From positions 96,846,001 through 96,910,000 of the forward strand of contig NC_087437.1 of NCBI RefSeq assembly GCF_036321535.1: a stretch of DNA of 64,000 nucleotides. The letters run 5' to 3'. This DNA is from Camelus dromedarius (taxonomy: Eukaryota). Positions 1 to 10,722 of the stretch are shown piece by piece. A program made the position numbers and the translations under genes. Numbering within the stretch: position 1 is the first letter of the stretch; each line of letters begins with the position of its first letter. A model generated the notes under the pieces. The model was given only the letters and a program-made list of their open reading frames with translations. It was not told the origin of the DNA and ran no database searches.

Positions 1-553
1 GCTTAAGCAACTTTTCCCAAGCCCCAGTTGTTAAAAATGCTTTAGTAAAATTACTGTCAGCCAGAGTTAAAATTTTTCTTTCATTTACTTCTGTATCCAT
101 CTCTTATAAGATTTCTTGAAGGCTCCCTAAATAAAGAAATGTATAAAGAGTTCCATGAATCATGAGGATAGGATGCTCTGGACTGAACTGTGTCCTGTCA
201 AAGTTCATATATTGAAATCCTCACCCCCAGTGTGACTGTATTTAGAGACTGGGCTTTTAGGAGGTAATTAAGAGTAAATAAGGTCATGGAGGTGGGATCC
301 TAATCTGGTAGGATTAGTGACCTTCTAAAAAGAGGAAGAGAAAGTTCTCTCTCTTTCTTCCCACTCAGATACACTGAGGAAAGCCTATGGGAACACGTCG
401 AGAAGGTGTTTGTTTTCAAGCTAGAAAGAGAGCTCTCACTAGAATCTAACCATGCTGGTAACCCTGATCTCGGACTTTCAGCCTCCCAAAGTATGAGAAA
501 ACAAATTTCTGTTGTTTAAACTAATACCAGTTTATGATATTTTGACATGGCAG

Positions 554-1046
554 TGATGGGGTTCAGGGCAATCCACCCCAAAATATGCCACTTTGACATA
601 TTGATTATTTTGAATTAAAGTTACTGGGGAAATAGTACAAGAACTCTCTGACCCTCTTTTGTCCTCTTGAAAGCAGGAAATAAATTTCCCATCTGAAAGT
701 ATCCTCCCTATACCAGAAGGCTAGGAGGCTTTTTATTGCCAGAGATAGGGAAGTCAAGGCTGTATAAACAAACCTTGTTGGTTTTTTATTAGTTTGTTAC
801 CCCAAGCAAAAAACCCCTCCTTTTGTCAAGTCCTCAAAAATAATCATTTAAAGATATAAGAGCTGTCTGTTTTGGTCACTTCTTTGAGCCTCATATCTTT
901 GGGGTTGTCGTATATACAAAATTAAATTTGACAGTTTCCTCCTGTTGATCTGTTTTATGTCAATTTAATTTTTAGACCAGCAAAAAAAAAAAAAAAAAAA
1001 AAAAAAGAGACCTTGAAGGGTAGAGGAAAATTTTTTCTCTCCTATA
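554..1046 (+). mobile_element. ERV1-class solo LTR (MER34-like) nested in the MLT1A 5' LTR
   Basis: Starts tgatggggttcagg...ccccaaaatatg and ends ctcctata (decayed CA). Flanked by a 4-bp TSD GCAG (550-553, 1047-1050). The MLT1A LTR resumes directly afterwards. Confidence 0.8.
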
Positions 1047-1477
1047 GCAGCCAAAACAGACTAAAATACATTTGGTACTGAGAAGTGAGGTGCTGGTATA
1101 ACAAAAAAATCTAAAAACTGTAGGAGATTCTAAGCAAAGTGTTGAAGCAGCAGCTAGGTTCCTGATGGCTGCTTATAGTAAACTGTGAAAGGAGAGAAGT
1201 GAATTGAGAGAGAATTTATTAAGCGAAAAAGAACCAGAACTTGAAGATTTAGAAAATTCTTAATTTACCTATATTATCAAAAAAATGAGAAAGCATGTTG
1301 TGAAGTAAACACCAAGAGTATGGTTAGACTAGCACTTGACAAACAGCTTATAAAATTATACTTGATAAAGAGCTAATTTAAACTGAAGGTGGGACAAAAT
1401 GAAGGAAGGTTGTTGGATTTCTTGGATTTGAGGGACAAAACAGTAAACCTATTTGGCTGTGAATGTGCTCTATTCTT

Positions 1478-2435
1478 TTATTTTTTTTTTTTACTTTTTA
1501 AAAATACATATATTTTTATAACAGTATAGTCAGTTTACAATGTTGTGTCAGTTTCTGGTGTACAGCATAATGCTTCAGTCATACATGTACATACGTATAT
1601 TTGTTTCCATATTGTTTTTCACCATAAGTTACTACAAGATATTGAATATAGTTCCCTGTGCTATACAGTATGAACTTGTTATTTATCTATTTTATATATA
1701 TATTAGTTAGTATCTGCAAATCTTGAACTCCCAGTTTATTCCTGTCCCCACACCTCCAGTAACTGTAACTTTGTTTCCTATGACTGTGAGTCTGTTTTTG
1801 TTTTGTAAACAAGTTTGTTTGTCCCCTTTTTTAAGTTCCACATATAAGTGATATCATATAGTATTTTTCTTTCTCCTTCTGGCTTACTTCACTTAGAATG
1901 ACAATCTCCAGGGCTATCCATGTTGCTGCAAATGGCATTATTTTATTATTTTTTATGGTTGAGTAGTATTCCATTGTATAAATATACCACCTCTTCTTTA
2001 TCCAGTCATCTGTCGATGGACAGTTAGGTTGTTTCCATGTCTTGTCTATTGTAAATAGTGGTGCTATGAACATTGGGGTGCATGCATATTTTTGAATTAA
2101 GGTTCCCTCTGCATATATGCCCAGGAGTGGGATTGCTGTATCATATGGTAAGTCTATTTTTAGTCTTTTGAGGAATCGTCATACTGTTTTCCATAATGGT
2201 TACACCAAACTTCTTTCCCACCAGCAGTGTAGGAGGGTTCCCTTTTCTCCACACCCTCTCCAGCATTTACCATTTGTGGACTTTGAGTGGTGGCCATTCT
2301 GACTGGTGTGAGGTGATACCTCATTGTACCTTTGATTTGCATTTCTCTGATAATTAGTGATATTGAGCATTCTTTCATGTGCCTATTGGCTATTTGTATG
2401 TTTTCATTGCAGAACTGCCTGTTTAGGTCTTTTAC
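1478..2435 (-). mobile_element. 5'-truncated young LINE-1 (ORF2 C-terminus, 3' UTR, poly-A)
   Basis: ORFs 1831-2073(-) MFIAPLFTIDKTWKQPNCPS...EYYS and 2160-2378(-) [22 protein letters not shown] match the L1 ORF2 C-terminus. Poly-T lies at ~1478-1499. TSD CTATTCTT at 1470-1477 and 2436-2443. Confidence 0.95.
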
Positions 2436-4239
2436 CTATTCTTAAATAAGTGAAAAAATGACCCTGAAGGTGATTCAGAGTTCATCAAGGCCACTTCCTT
2501 GGTTTCAACAGGCCAGACTCTGGCAGAGCTGCAGGAGTGAGACCTCAACCTACAGTTAGGGGACGATGCTGCAGCCTCAGTGGGCCTGAGAGGGCAGAGT
2601 ATCCAATCAAAGAAGGTTATTGTTGAGCTTTACGATCTAATGAAATTTTCTTTGCTACTTTTTGAACTTACTTGGGACTTGCCACTTCTTTTTCCCTTCT
2701 GATTTCACTCTTTTGACCTAAATGTCTAATCTAGGTCTGTCCCATCACTGTATTTTGGAAGTAACCACTTCTCTGGTTCCATGGGTTTACAGGTGGAGAG
2801 GCATTTTGCCTCAAGATGAGTCATACCTCTGGTCTCACTCATATCTGACTTAGATATCTAGATGAGAGTTTGGGCTTTAGATTTCAGAGATGATGCTGCA
2901 ATTAGTTAAGATTTGTGGGACTATTAGGTTAGAATGAATGTGTTTTATTTATATGTGAGAAGGACATGAATTTGGGGGTTAGAGATGGAATATTATGAAT
3001 TAAATTCTCACCTAAAATCTGTATGTTGGATCCCTAGCCCTCAATGTGACTTTTAAGAGGTAATTAAGGTTAAATGAGGTCATAAGGGTATGGTCTTAAT
3101 CCAATGGGATTAGTGGCTATATAAGAAGAGGAAAAGAGAGATCACACTCTCTCTCCCTGTGTACACAACAAGGAAAGACGATGTGAGCACACAGGGAAAG
3201 ATGGCCATCTGCAAGCCAGGAAGAGAGCTCTCACCAGAACCTGACCATGCTGCCACTCTGATCTCAGATTCCCTGCCTCCAGAACTATAATAAAATAAAT
3301 TTTTATTGTTTACACCACCCCATCTATGGGATTTTGTTATGGCAGCTGGACCTAAGACACCAGATAGTTATAGAAAATCTATTGTGTGTCATAAAACTTT
3401 TGAAGATATAAAGTAGAAAAGAGAGGTTAAAAACAAATCAAGCCTACCTCCTAAGTTACTTCATACCAGGAATAAAAAGGCTTTAGGGATGTGCATCAGC
3501 TAGTAGATGTCTGTTGGTCTCCGTTACTCCTGCAACCTCACTGTTCTAAAACGTTTGTTTCTTTTTCTCTTGACTGTTCAGTATTCCAAAACTTCTACAT
3601 GGCCTTGGAGCACAGAATACAAAATGAATTAGGCTTGATTTCTGGCCTAATAACATATTACTAGGATACTGAAAGAAAAATGAATTTAGGCGTGTATTGT
3701 TTGCATATAATTCAAACTACCATCTTTGACCAGAACCAGAATATTTCTAAAGAAAACCTTTAAGCTAACATTAAGCTAGTCTATGCAGAGGAACTTCATT
3801 ATTACAATTCCTGTTCTGTGCTACTGTTATTAGATGCTCTGACTTTCAAATACCAATAAAATAATACTATTTTATGTTACATACTCATGTATAAAATATT
3901 TGTGTAACTTGAGAATCTTGGAAAACAAGACAATGTTTAGGGTTTTTTTTTTCACTTTTGTAGAAAATATAAAATATTCTTTTACTTAGGATTTGGAAGA
4001 ATTTTTCTAGGTCTGAAATGTTTTTTAAAATGGTAGTATCTTGTAGGAATCCATTTAATAACATTATAGGATATCAAATAGCAATTATTTATACTTTGTC
4101 TAAATTTGTTGTTCTAGAAGAAAGGGTTAGCAATTTCTACATGCAGTGAAATAGCAAGGTTTTGGGGAGTCTTACCTTCTGTATGTAATTTTTCTGTTTA
4201 GGGTCTTATTCCATTGAATACTTGGGCATTTATTTTTCA

Positions 4240-4482
4240 GAGTTCACAGTGAGATGGCTGTAAGCTGACAAATGCAAGTGACCTCTGAAACTGGAAAAGG
4301 CAAGGGATGGATCCTCCTCTAGGGTCTCCAGAATAAATGAAGCTTTGCTGACAATCTGGCTTTAGTATTTAAAAACCCATCTTGGACTTCTGACCTCCAG
4401 AACAGTAATATACTAAATTTCTGTCATCTCAGAGCACTAAATTTGCAGTAATTTGTTGTATCAGCAATAGGAAATTAATACA
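4240..4482 (+). mobile_element. MaLR LTR 3' fragment (MLT1C/D-like)
   Basis: ctggaaaaggcaagg...ggacttctgacctccagaac...agcaataggaaattaataca is a typical MLT1 LTR 3' half. Confidence 0.8.
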
Positions 4483-4584
4483 CTATACACAGCAAGGAAA
4501 GGATTCTCATGTTAAGTTATTAAAAAATTAACTCACAGAAACAATGAATTCGGTTACAAATGCAGCATCTCAATCAAGTGTTCC

Positions 4585-4820
4585 CACTGGGTCAGATGAC
4601 CTATTTTTTTTTTAATTGAAGTTTAGTTGAGTTACAATGTTGTGTTAGTTTCTGGTGTACAGCATAGTGATCTATGCTTTTGTCTTAGCTCCGTCATTGA
4701 CTAACTGGGTTACCTTTAGGAAGTCACTTCACCTGTCTGGACCATATGACCTCTTCTTCCATCAACTGTGAAGGAATTAAACAGGATCATCTCTCAAATT
4801 TTCTTTAACAATCCTATGTC
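4585..4820 (+). mobile_element. MIR-like SINE relic interrupted by a short L1 tail
   Basis: gactaactgggttacctttaggaagtcacttcacctgtctggacc resembles the MIR core. Confidence 0.55.
4604..4670 (-). mobile_element. Ultra-short L1 3' terminus (poly-A plus ~55 nt of 3' UTR)
   Basis: T-run followed by aattgaagtttagttgagttacaatgttgtgttagtttctggtgtacagcatagtga, homologous to the L1 3' ends at ~1520 and ~38960. Confidence 0.8.
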
Positions 4821-5797
4821 CCTTTTAAGGATTTCTCCATTTATCTGCTCTTTAGGTTTTGATGAACTTTAATTTTGGTTGCTTGGATTATGGGAAAATA
4901 GGTGTGTTAAAAATGATTTTTCAAATAATCATCATTTCCTCCCCACCTCTGAGCCTTTGATATGAACTTCTGTGAGGGGGCTGTGAAGGAAGTGGAGGCA
5001 GCATGGCCTTTCCACTGGCTTGAGAATCAGAGTATAAAGACCCTCTTGGCTTTGACGATCTGATTTAATATAAAACCATGCCAACCCAATCCCTGGACAT
5101 TTTTATGTAGTTTGAGAAAAAATCAGGAGAACCCTCATGGTTTCTTAGGAAGATTTCTGGGCAATAACAAATAATTAATTGAAAGGGGAAAAAAAAAAAC
5201 TAAAAAAACTTAATAGTAGCTTGAAGACAAAATAATTTGTCCCCAGTTTGGCTTTGGAAGATCCTTAATGGGTGAGATGAAGTATGAGCTGACAGAAACA
5301 GAGTTAATGGTTCTTGGAAGTTATAGGCACATTTTCTCTTATTGGTCTGAAAACAAACAACCAACTTTTACATAGAATCTTTAACCTAAAGCTTTTGTTT
5401 ACCCTAATGGCACTTAAATTCCTTTTCTCAAATTTCCAGGGTGACTTATCTCGTCAGTCAATCAACTGTGGCTGGCTCACTAACCTGCTCTCCTCTCTAG
5501 CTGAAGGGTCTCAGGGAAACAGGCATTCCTTGGCTTACTTCTGTTACGCTTCTGTTTGGTTCTTCACTCTGTTTATCTTAGCTAGTGCCATTCTCTATTT
5601 CAAGGCCAGCAGGGTCAATAATCAAATTAGGAGACCAAAGCCTTTTCTTTCTGGGTGGTAAACTTCAGAATCCCCAGTCTGCCTCTGATAATTGGAAAGA
5701 AGGAATGGAAAGCAAAACTCCTTCCCAGCATTGGCAGCTCTTCTGTCAAATGAGCAAATCTTGTCAGGAAGCTTTCAAAGGGTCTATGCAAAATGTG

Positions 5798-5820
5798 TGC
5801 TGCTGCTGCTGCTGCTACTG
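5798..5820. repeat. (CTG)n trinucleotide microsatellite, ~6-7 units
   Basis: tgctgctgctgctgctgctactg; this explains the poly-C/L/A runs in the overlapping ORFs. Confidence 0.9.
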
Positions 5821-8640
5821 TTTTATTTATTTTTTTTTCCATTTCTGCAACTGGCAGTACAAGGCAATGTGGAAGAGAGAAGTGCCACAAGTTTCCAGAA
5901 AGTAGATTGTTCAGTTCATCCTCCAATTCAAAGAACATTTTACAAAAGAAGTTGGAAATTCAAACAAAATGTTTTGTTTGCTGATTATAGATTTGCAGTT
6001 TCTAAAATGCTGAATGTCCTCAGGAGTCTGTACTGAGTCCAGACACTACTTAGAAAAATAATTCCCACAGTTTACAAGTCATTCAATATACTCTTATTCC
6101 AGATCTGAAATAATTAAATTATTTATGATGCTTCTTCCCTTGCCCTTGAGCACATGAACTTTGCCTTCGAAGAGGCTTAAATATTGACTGATCCATTGTA
6201 ATGTGACATTTATTAACCTTTGTAATGTTTAATGTGCAGTAAAAGTAATCTTGGTTTAACATTATTCTTCTGAAGACTAAGAAATTTTGGATATTTTTTA
6301 GTCAAGTAAGTGTTAAAAATATAAGACTTGTTCTTCTTGTAAGAGATATATAAAGTATCAAAATTAATTTGAATTCTTTGAGTGGACAGAGCAGAATGCC
6401 ACTTCTATCTTATATACGCTTGAAATTGTCAGCATCTAAGAATATTTAGGACTTCATGTTGCTGTTGTTCACTTTGATATAATGACTGTGATTTTTTTTG
6501 TTGTTGTTAGCCAGGCACATGGATGATTCTGGTCTACATAAATATAAAATACATGACAGATGCAAAGGAAAGCAATAAAAGAAGGTATGTAGGAAATCTT
6601 AATAGTAAATTATTTATTTTATAGAAAGCAGAGATGTACGTAATTCCAAACCTTTGATCTACGAGTATGAATATTTTTAATGCAAACAAACTTGGCGTTA
6701 AAAGTGCACTTAATTCTAATTTAAAATTGTGGTAAACATATGAAAAAAAAATTCAGATGCCATAGAATTTATTTCTCACCAAAGCTTGCACAGATTGGGG
6801 CCTTATTAAGTTTCATATACTCAGAAGGAGGTTGACTATTAAATACTCTTTTTGGACTGTAATAAACGACTTAAAATATTTCAATATTTTCAATAAACAA
6901 TTTTAAAAGTGCTGATCTCAGTCAGTTTACGTATCTGTTGTTAATATGTGGACTTTATTAACTTCTAAAGGTTAATATCCAAATAAAAAGTTTCTACTCT
7001 CTCTCTTTCTCTCTCTTTCTATATATATAACTGCAAAGAAACAAAATGTTTTTTTCTGAGTGTTAGGATTATGAACAATTTGTAAGTTCATCGTATTTTC
7101 TGTATTTTGACAGTTCTCTATAAGAAGTTTGATTGGCTTCTGTATTAGATTTTTCAGGTTAACATACAAACATCCTTCTTTAGTTATATTCTAAGTGCTT
7201 CCAGTAAGAACTCACTGGATTCTAGTTTGCAAGATAAATCAGAAGAAAAAAATTGAAGGAACATCTTAGCTGCACAGAGTTTATTGCTCAAGTTATAAAT
7301 ACTGTTTTTTGGATAATGTTCCTAAAATTTGAGAGATCTCTGCAGAATATAAGAAAATCAAAAGTTGTTATTCTCTGTTAGTGCCTCAATTAATATTTCA
7401 GTGACACTTATGACAAATCTCCAGGTGTTATGCTTTTCTTAGGTTAGAGCTCTCAGTTAAAAAAGAACGAAAGAAAAACTTTTTAAAAATTATGAAGACT
7501 TACTGCTGAGTTGCAGCCCTGTTATTATTTCCGCCAAGTTTATGTCCCTACAGCCATCTGCAGCCACAGCCCTTCAATGCTAATTACATCCATGGTCAGC
7601 TCAATTCTGAAGTAACCAAAAGCTGGTCTCTTTCAGATCTACTGTTGTCACAGTTAGCCAGACACAGACTTTCCATGAAAGAAGTTGGCTGCTATTCACA
7701 ATCACAAATCTCCAGATAATAGGTAACAGTAACAGGCATGTTTCTCAGCTCCCAATCAATTTTGTTCATTTCCCTGAAAAAGTGTTTTATCTTCATAGAT
7801 TCTACTAATCATTTCCCAAAGTGAGTCAGTGATTGCTTGAATTTTTAGCTAAATAGATATTTTTCAGAGATTAAACTAAATTAGATAAAACTCCACAAAA
7901 TAGAGAGGAATTTAAAAAAAAAAAAACTAAACTAAAAAAATAGTTATTTAGAGAATTCAAAATAGTGGGCGAGGATCAAAGAGTTTAGAGAAAACATTCC
8001 CAATTCCTGAGAAGAGCAGATCACCACATGCCACAGAACAAAAACAGTCACTAAGTCATATGTCATTTCAAACCCCAAAACTACTGAATAAGCTTAATAC
8101 CTTCATCACTGCTGTTTGCCTGCGGGTATAAGGCTACATAGCTTGATGGTGTAAATCCATCATCTAGAAATGTCTATATATTCTCTTCTACTTTAGGAAC
8201 ATTCTCCTAGTTAATTTCATAATTCCTATACTTAATAAAATGACTACTAAATAACTAAATATATTTTATAACCCAATTTTATTTCTAGGTGTGGTGGGTG
8301 AGGGAACTATTGACAGAGTTATTTTAATCTTTTTTTCATTTAAATGCAAAAGAAATTTATCTTTTATATTGTCTTTAGAAAAAAAAGAAACACCAGTTGA
8401 AAACACAGGTGATTAGAGGGTGTGACGAGATACAGGGGAGGGAAGCTGAGTTATGACTAAACTAATGATTTTGACTCAGCATATGGTGTTTCTTATGTCA
8501 TTGTTGCCTTATACTTGAGATAACTGGCATTTTACAAACTAAGCAGGATTCATTTTCTGCTACATAAAGTGTTTTACTTATGCATTTCTCCTTGCTTAAT
8601 GTAAGAAGTTATGTTGATTTATTGGTATATTTACTTTATT

Positions 8641-8735
8641 AAATTAATGTTTACTGAATGCCAGACACTCTCCCAGACCCTGGGTGACAGGGATGAATGA
8701 GACATGCTCTCTAGGGGTTCACAGTCTAGCGAAAA
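8641..8735 (-). mobile_element. L2 3' fragment
   Basis: atgtttactgaatgccagacac...ctgggtgacagggatgaatgagaca...ttcacagtctag. Confidence 0.6.
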
Positions 8736-8865
8736 ACTGTAGCCTAGTGTAGAGAGCTACTCTGGGTATACACCAGAGAAGATTTTCAAAGTTAAGCTGA
8801 TATACCTCATGGAAACTTGAGCTTCCTAGGAAACTGGAAGATTATCTGAACACGTGTTTTTAAAT

Positions 8866-9041
8866 ACGTGGTCTATTGCTTGGCTGTTCAATAGGGGAAT
8901 CATTTGGAAGAACTTATAAAAATAGAAATTCCTCAGGTTCATATCATGTTTGTTGCATTAGACCTAGAGGTGGGGTGTAAATTTATAATTTAAAAAATGC
9001 TCCCAGGTAATTCTGATGGAAGTCAGGTTTGTGAATAACTG
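8866..9041. mobile_element. MER5-like hAT-Charlie MITE
   Basis: gaatcatttggaagaactt.taaaaatagaaattcct...gctcccaggtaattctgatg...gtttgtgaataactg. Confidence 0.6.
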
Positions 9042-10546
9042 TAAGTTTAAAAATTTACTTTTGGTGGAGATGTAGCCAAAGAGGTCAGTCATTTGTACAC
9101 TATTGCTGCTATTACACAGTTGTAATATTACTGGCATGGAAATAATATTATTCAGTGATGCATCAAAGAGAAGAACTACACAGTAGCACAACACAGCTAT
9201 TCCTCTGACAAAGACTTTTGGAATTCCTCCTACTCTGTGTTGCCAAATCAATGCATGATTTTAGATTTTTCATAAGCATACTATGTTATTTAAGGAATAT
9301 GTTTAATCTTTTTGTTTGTTTATTTCTCTACTATGTCTTGCTAGGTATACAAACAGTTTTCTCTCTTATTTCCTATCATCTTTTAGGCTTAGAGACAAGT
9401 TTCTGTCTAAACTAGGATAGGAAGGTGGTGTTTGCCACTAGTTTGGTGACATTATCCATTTAATATACTGCTCACTGCTTGGTTTGCACATACTCCCTGC
9501 ATTTGCTCAGTTTCAAAGAATTTCAATGGAAAAATATCAATAAACTTATCATTTGTGTTTAAATTAACATCTCTTTTCCTTATAATTGTATTCATTAGTA
9601 CCTGTCACAACCATCAGTAACACCCTTAAAATCTTTTTTCTTGCTAAACATATACTGGTGTATATGTATTTGATAGTATCATTAAACATATATGTCTCTA
9701 AATATCTCTAAAATTTTTAAATACTTTTTTTGTAGATAATAGCTTATAGGTACTTTTTAGAAACACTTTTGCCCCTAATCATTCCGTACTAGAAGGCTAA
9801 ATCACCTCTGAGTTTGTTTCTGGGAACATTACAACAAGCTAAATATTTATCCAACATATAGCATTGCCAAAGCTGCAGAAACGTGGAAATTTTAACAGAA
9901 ACCCATACTGCTTGGGGACGCTGGAGGCCATCAGACCACATTTCTCCATACTGGGGATCAGGAAACCAATACCCTAATCTAAGTATATGTTGAAGTTCTT
10001 CTCAGGTTTGCCCTAATCTAAAAAGTCCTAGGAGATTGAGTGGATTATGTAGTACTTGTGGGATTTTTAATGTCTTTGAGAGTTTAAAAAATCAGTTAGG
10101 AGGAAATCTTAGGTGTGTCATAATTATTTGGCATTGCTGAAGACTGAGAGACTGAGTGGAAGAAACAGAATAAAAATTGTCAAAGGACACCTCTAAATTA
10201 GAACCAATCAAACAGAAACCAATCCACTAAACTTTCATTGCAATTCTTTGCATTTCTTTGCACTGAGCATATGGTCAGTAGATATAAATCACCCTAGCAA
10301 AAGACAAAGTTGATTATGACGTGATTATTTTTTGATAGGAATGAAGGCAATGGAATAGATTATTTTTAAGGATTCTTCTAACTCTGATAGTCTCAGTTTC
10401 AATGATAAAATTTGTAACATTAAAAAAGGTCAATATCTACTAGCCACATAAAATATTCCCCAAATGCTACAGACATTCATTTGTTGCAAAAAAAAATTAT
10501 TTAAGTTAATAGCATGGCAACTGTTCAGATCTATGGTTCCATTAAT

Positions 10547-10722
10547 GGAGAGCCAGTGTACATCACAGTTAAGAATAGTTGGTTTTCAATCCTATCAATT
10601 AAGTCACTCAGCAAGGTACATGAGCTCTCTGTGCCTCAGTTTCTTCACCTATAAAAACAGCATAATGACTTTTATTTCTTAGGACTTGGAGTGGATTAAA
10701 TAAGTTAAGGAACGTAAAGCAC
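10547..10722 (+). mobile_element. MIR SINE
   Basis: ctctctgtgcctcagtttcttcacctataaaaacagcataatg core and ggattaaataagttaa...gtaaagcact 3' part. Confidence 0.8.

Larger units (their letters stand above)
174..3359 (+). mobile_element. MaLR (MLT1A-like) provirus: 5' LTR 174-1070, internal region 1071-2990, 3' LTR 2991-3359, with two nested insertions
   Basis: Two homologous LTR copies (ggaggtaattaag...aggtcat, gagagctctcac.agaa.ct.accatgctg, ...tggcag...aca ends). The internal region starts tttggtactgagaagtgaggtgctg and ends in a purine tract (gggggttagagatggaa), as in MLT1-int. Confidence 0.85.

Noticed and set aside
1831..2378. ORFs 1831-2073, 2117-2302 and 2160-2378 as genes
   Set aside because: They are frameshifted L1 ORF2 remnants or their antisense.
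169..3364. 5-bp TSD for the MLT1A provirus
   Set aside because: The flanks tagga and ccaga match at only 2 of 5 positions, so I did not use them as evidence.
5314..6036. Five overlapping ORFs with poly-Cys/Leu/Ala runs
   Set aside because: Mostly non-ATG starts, the homopolymers come from a short CTG repeat, and there is no recognisable domain.
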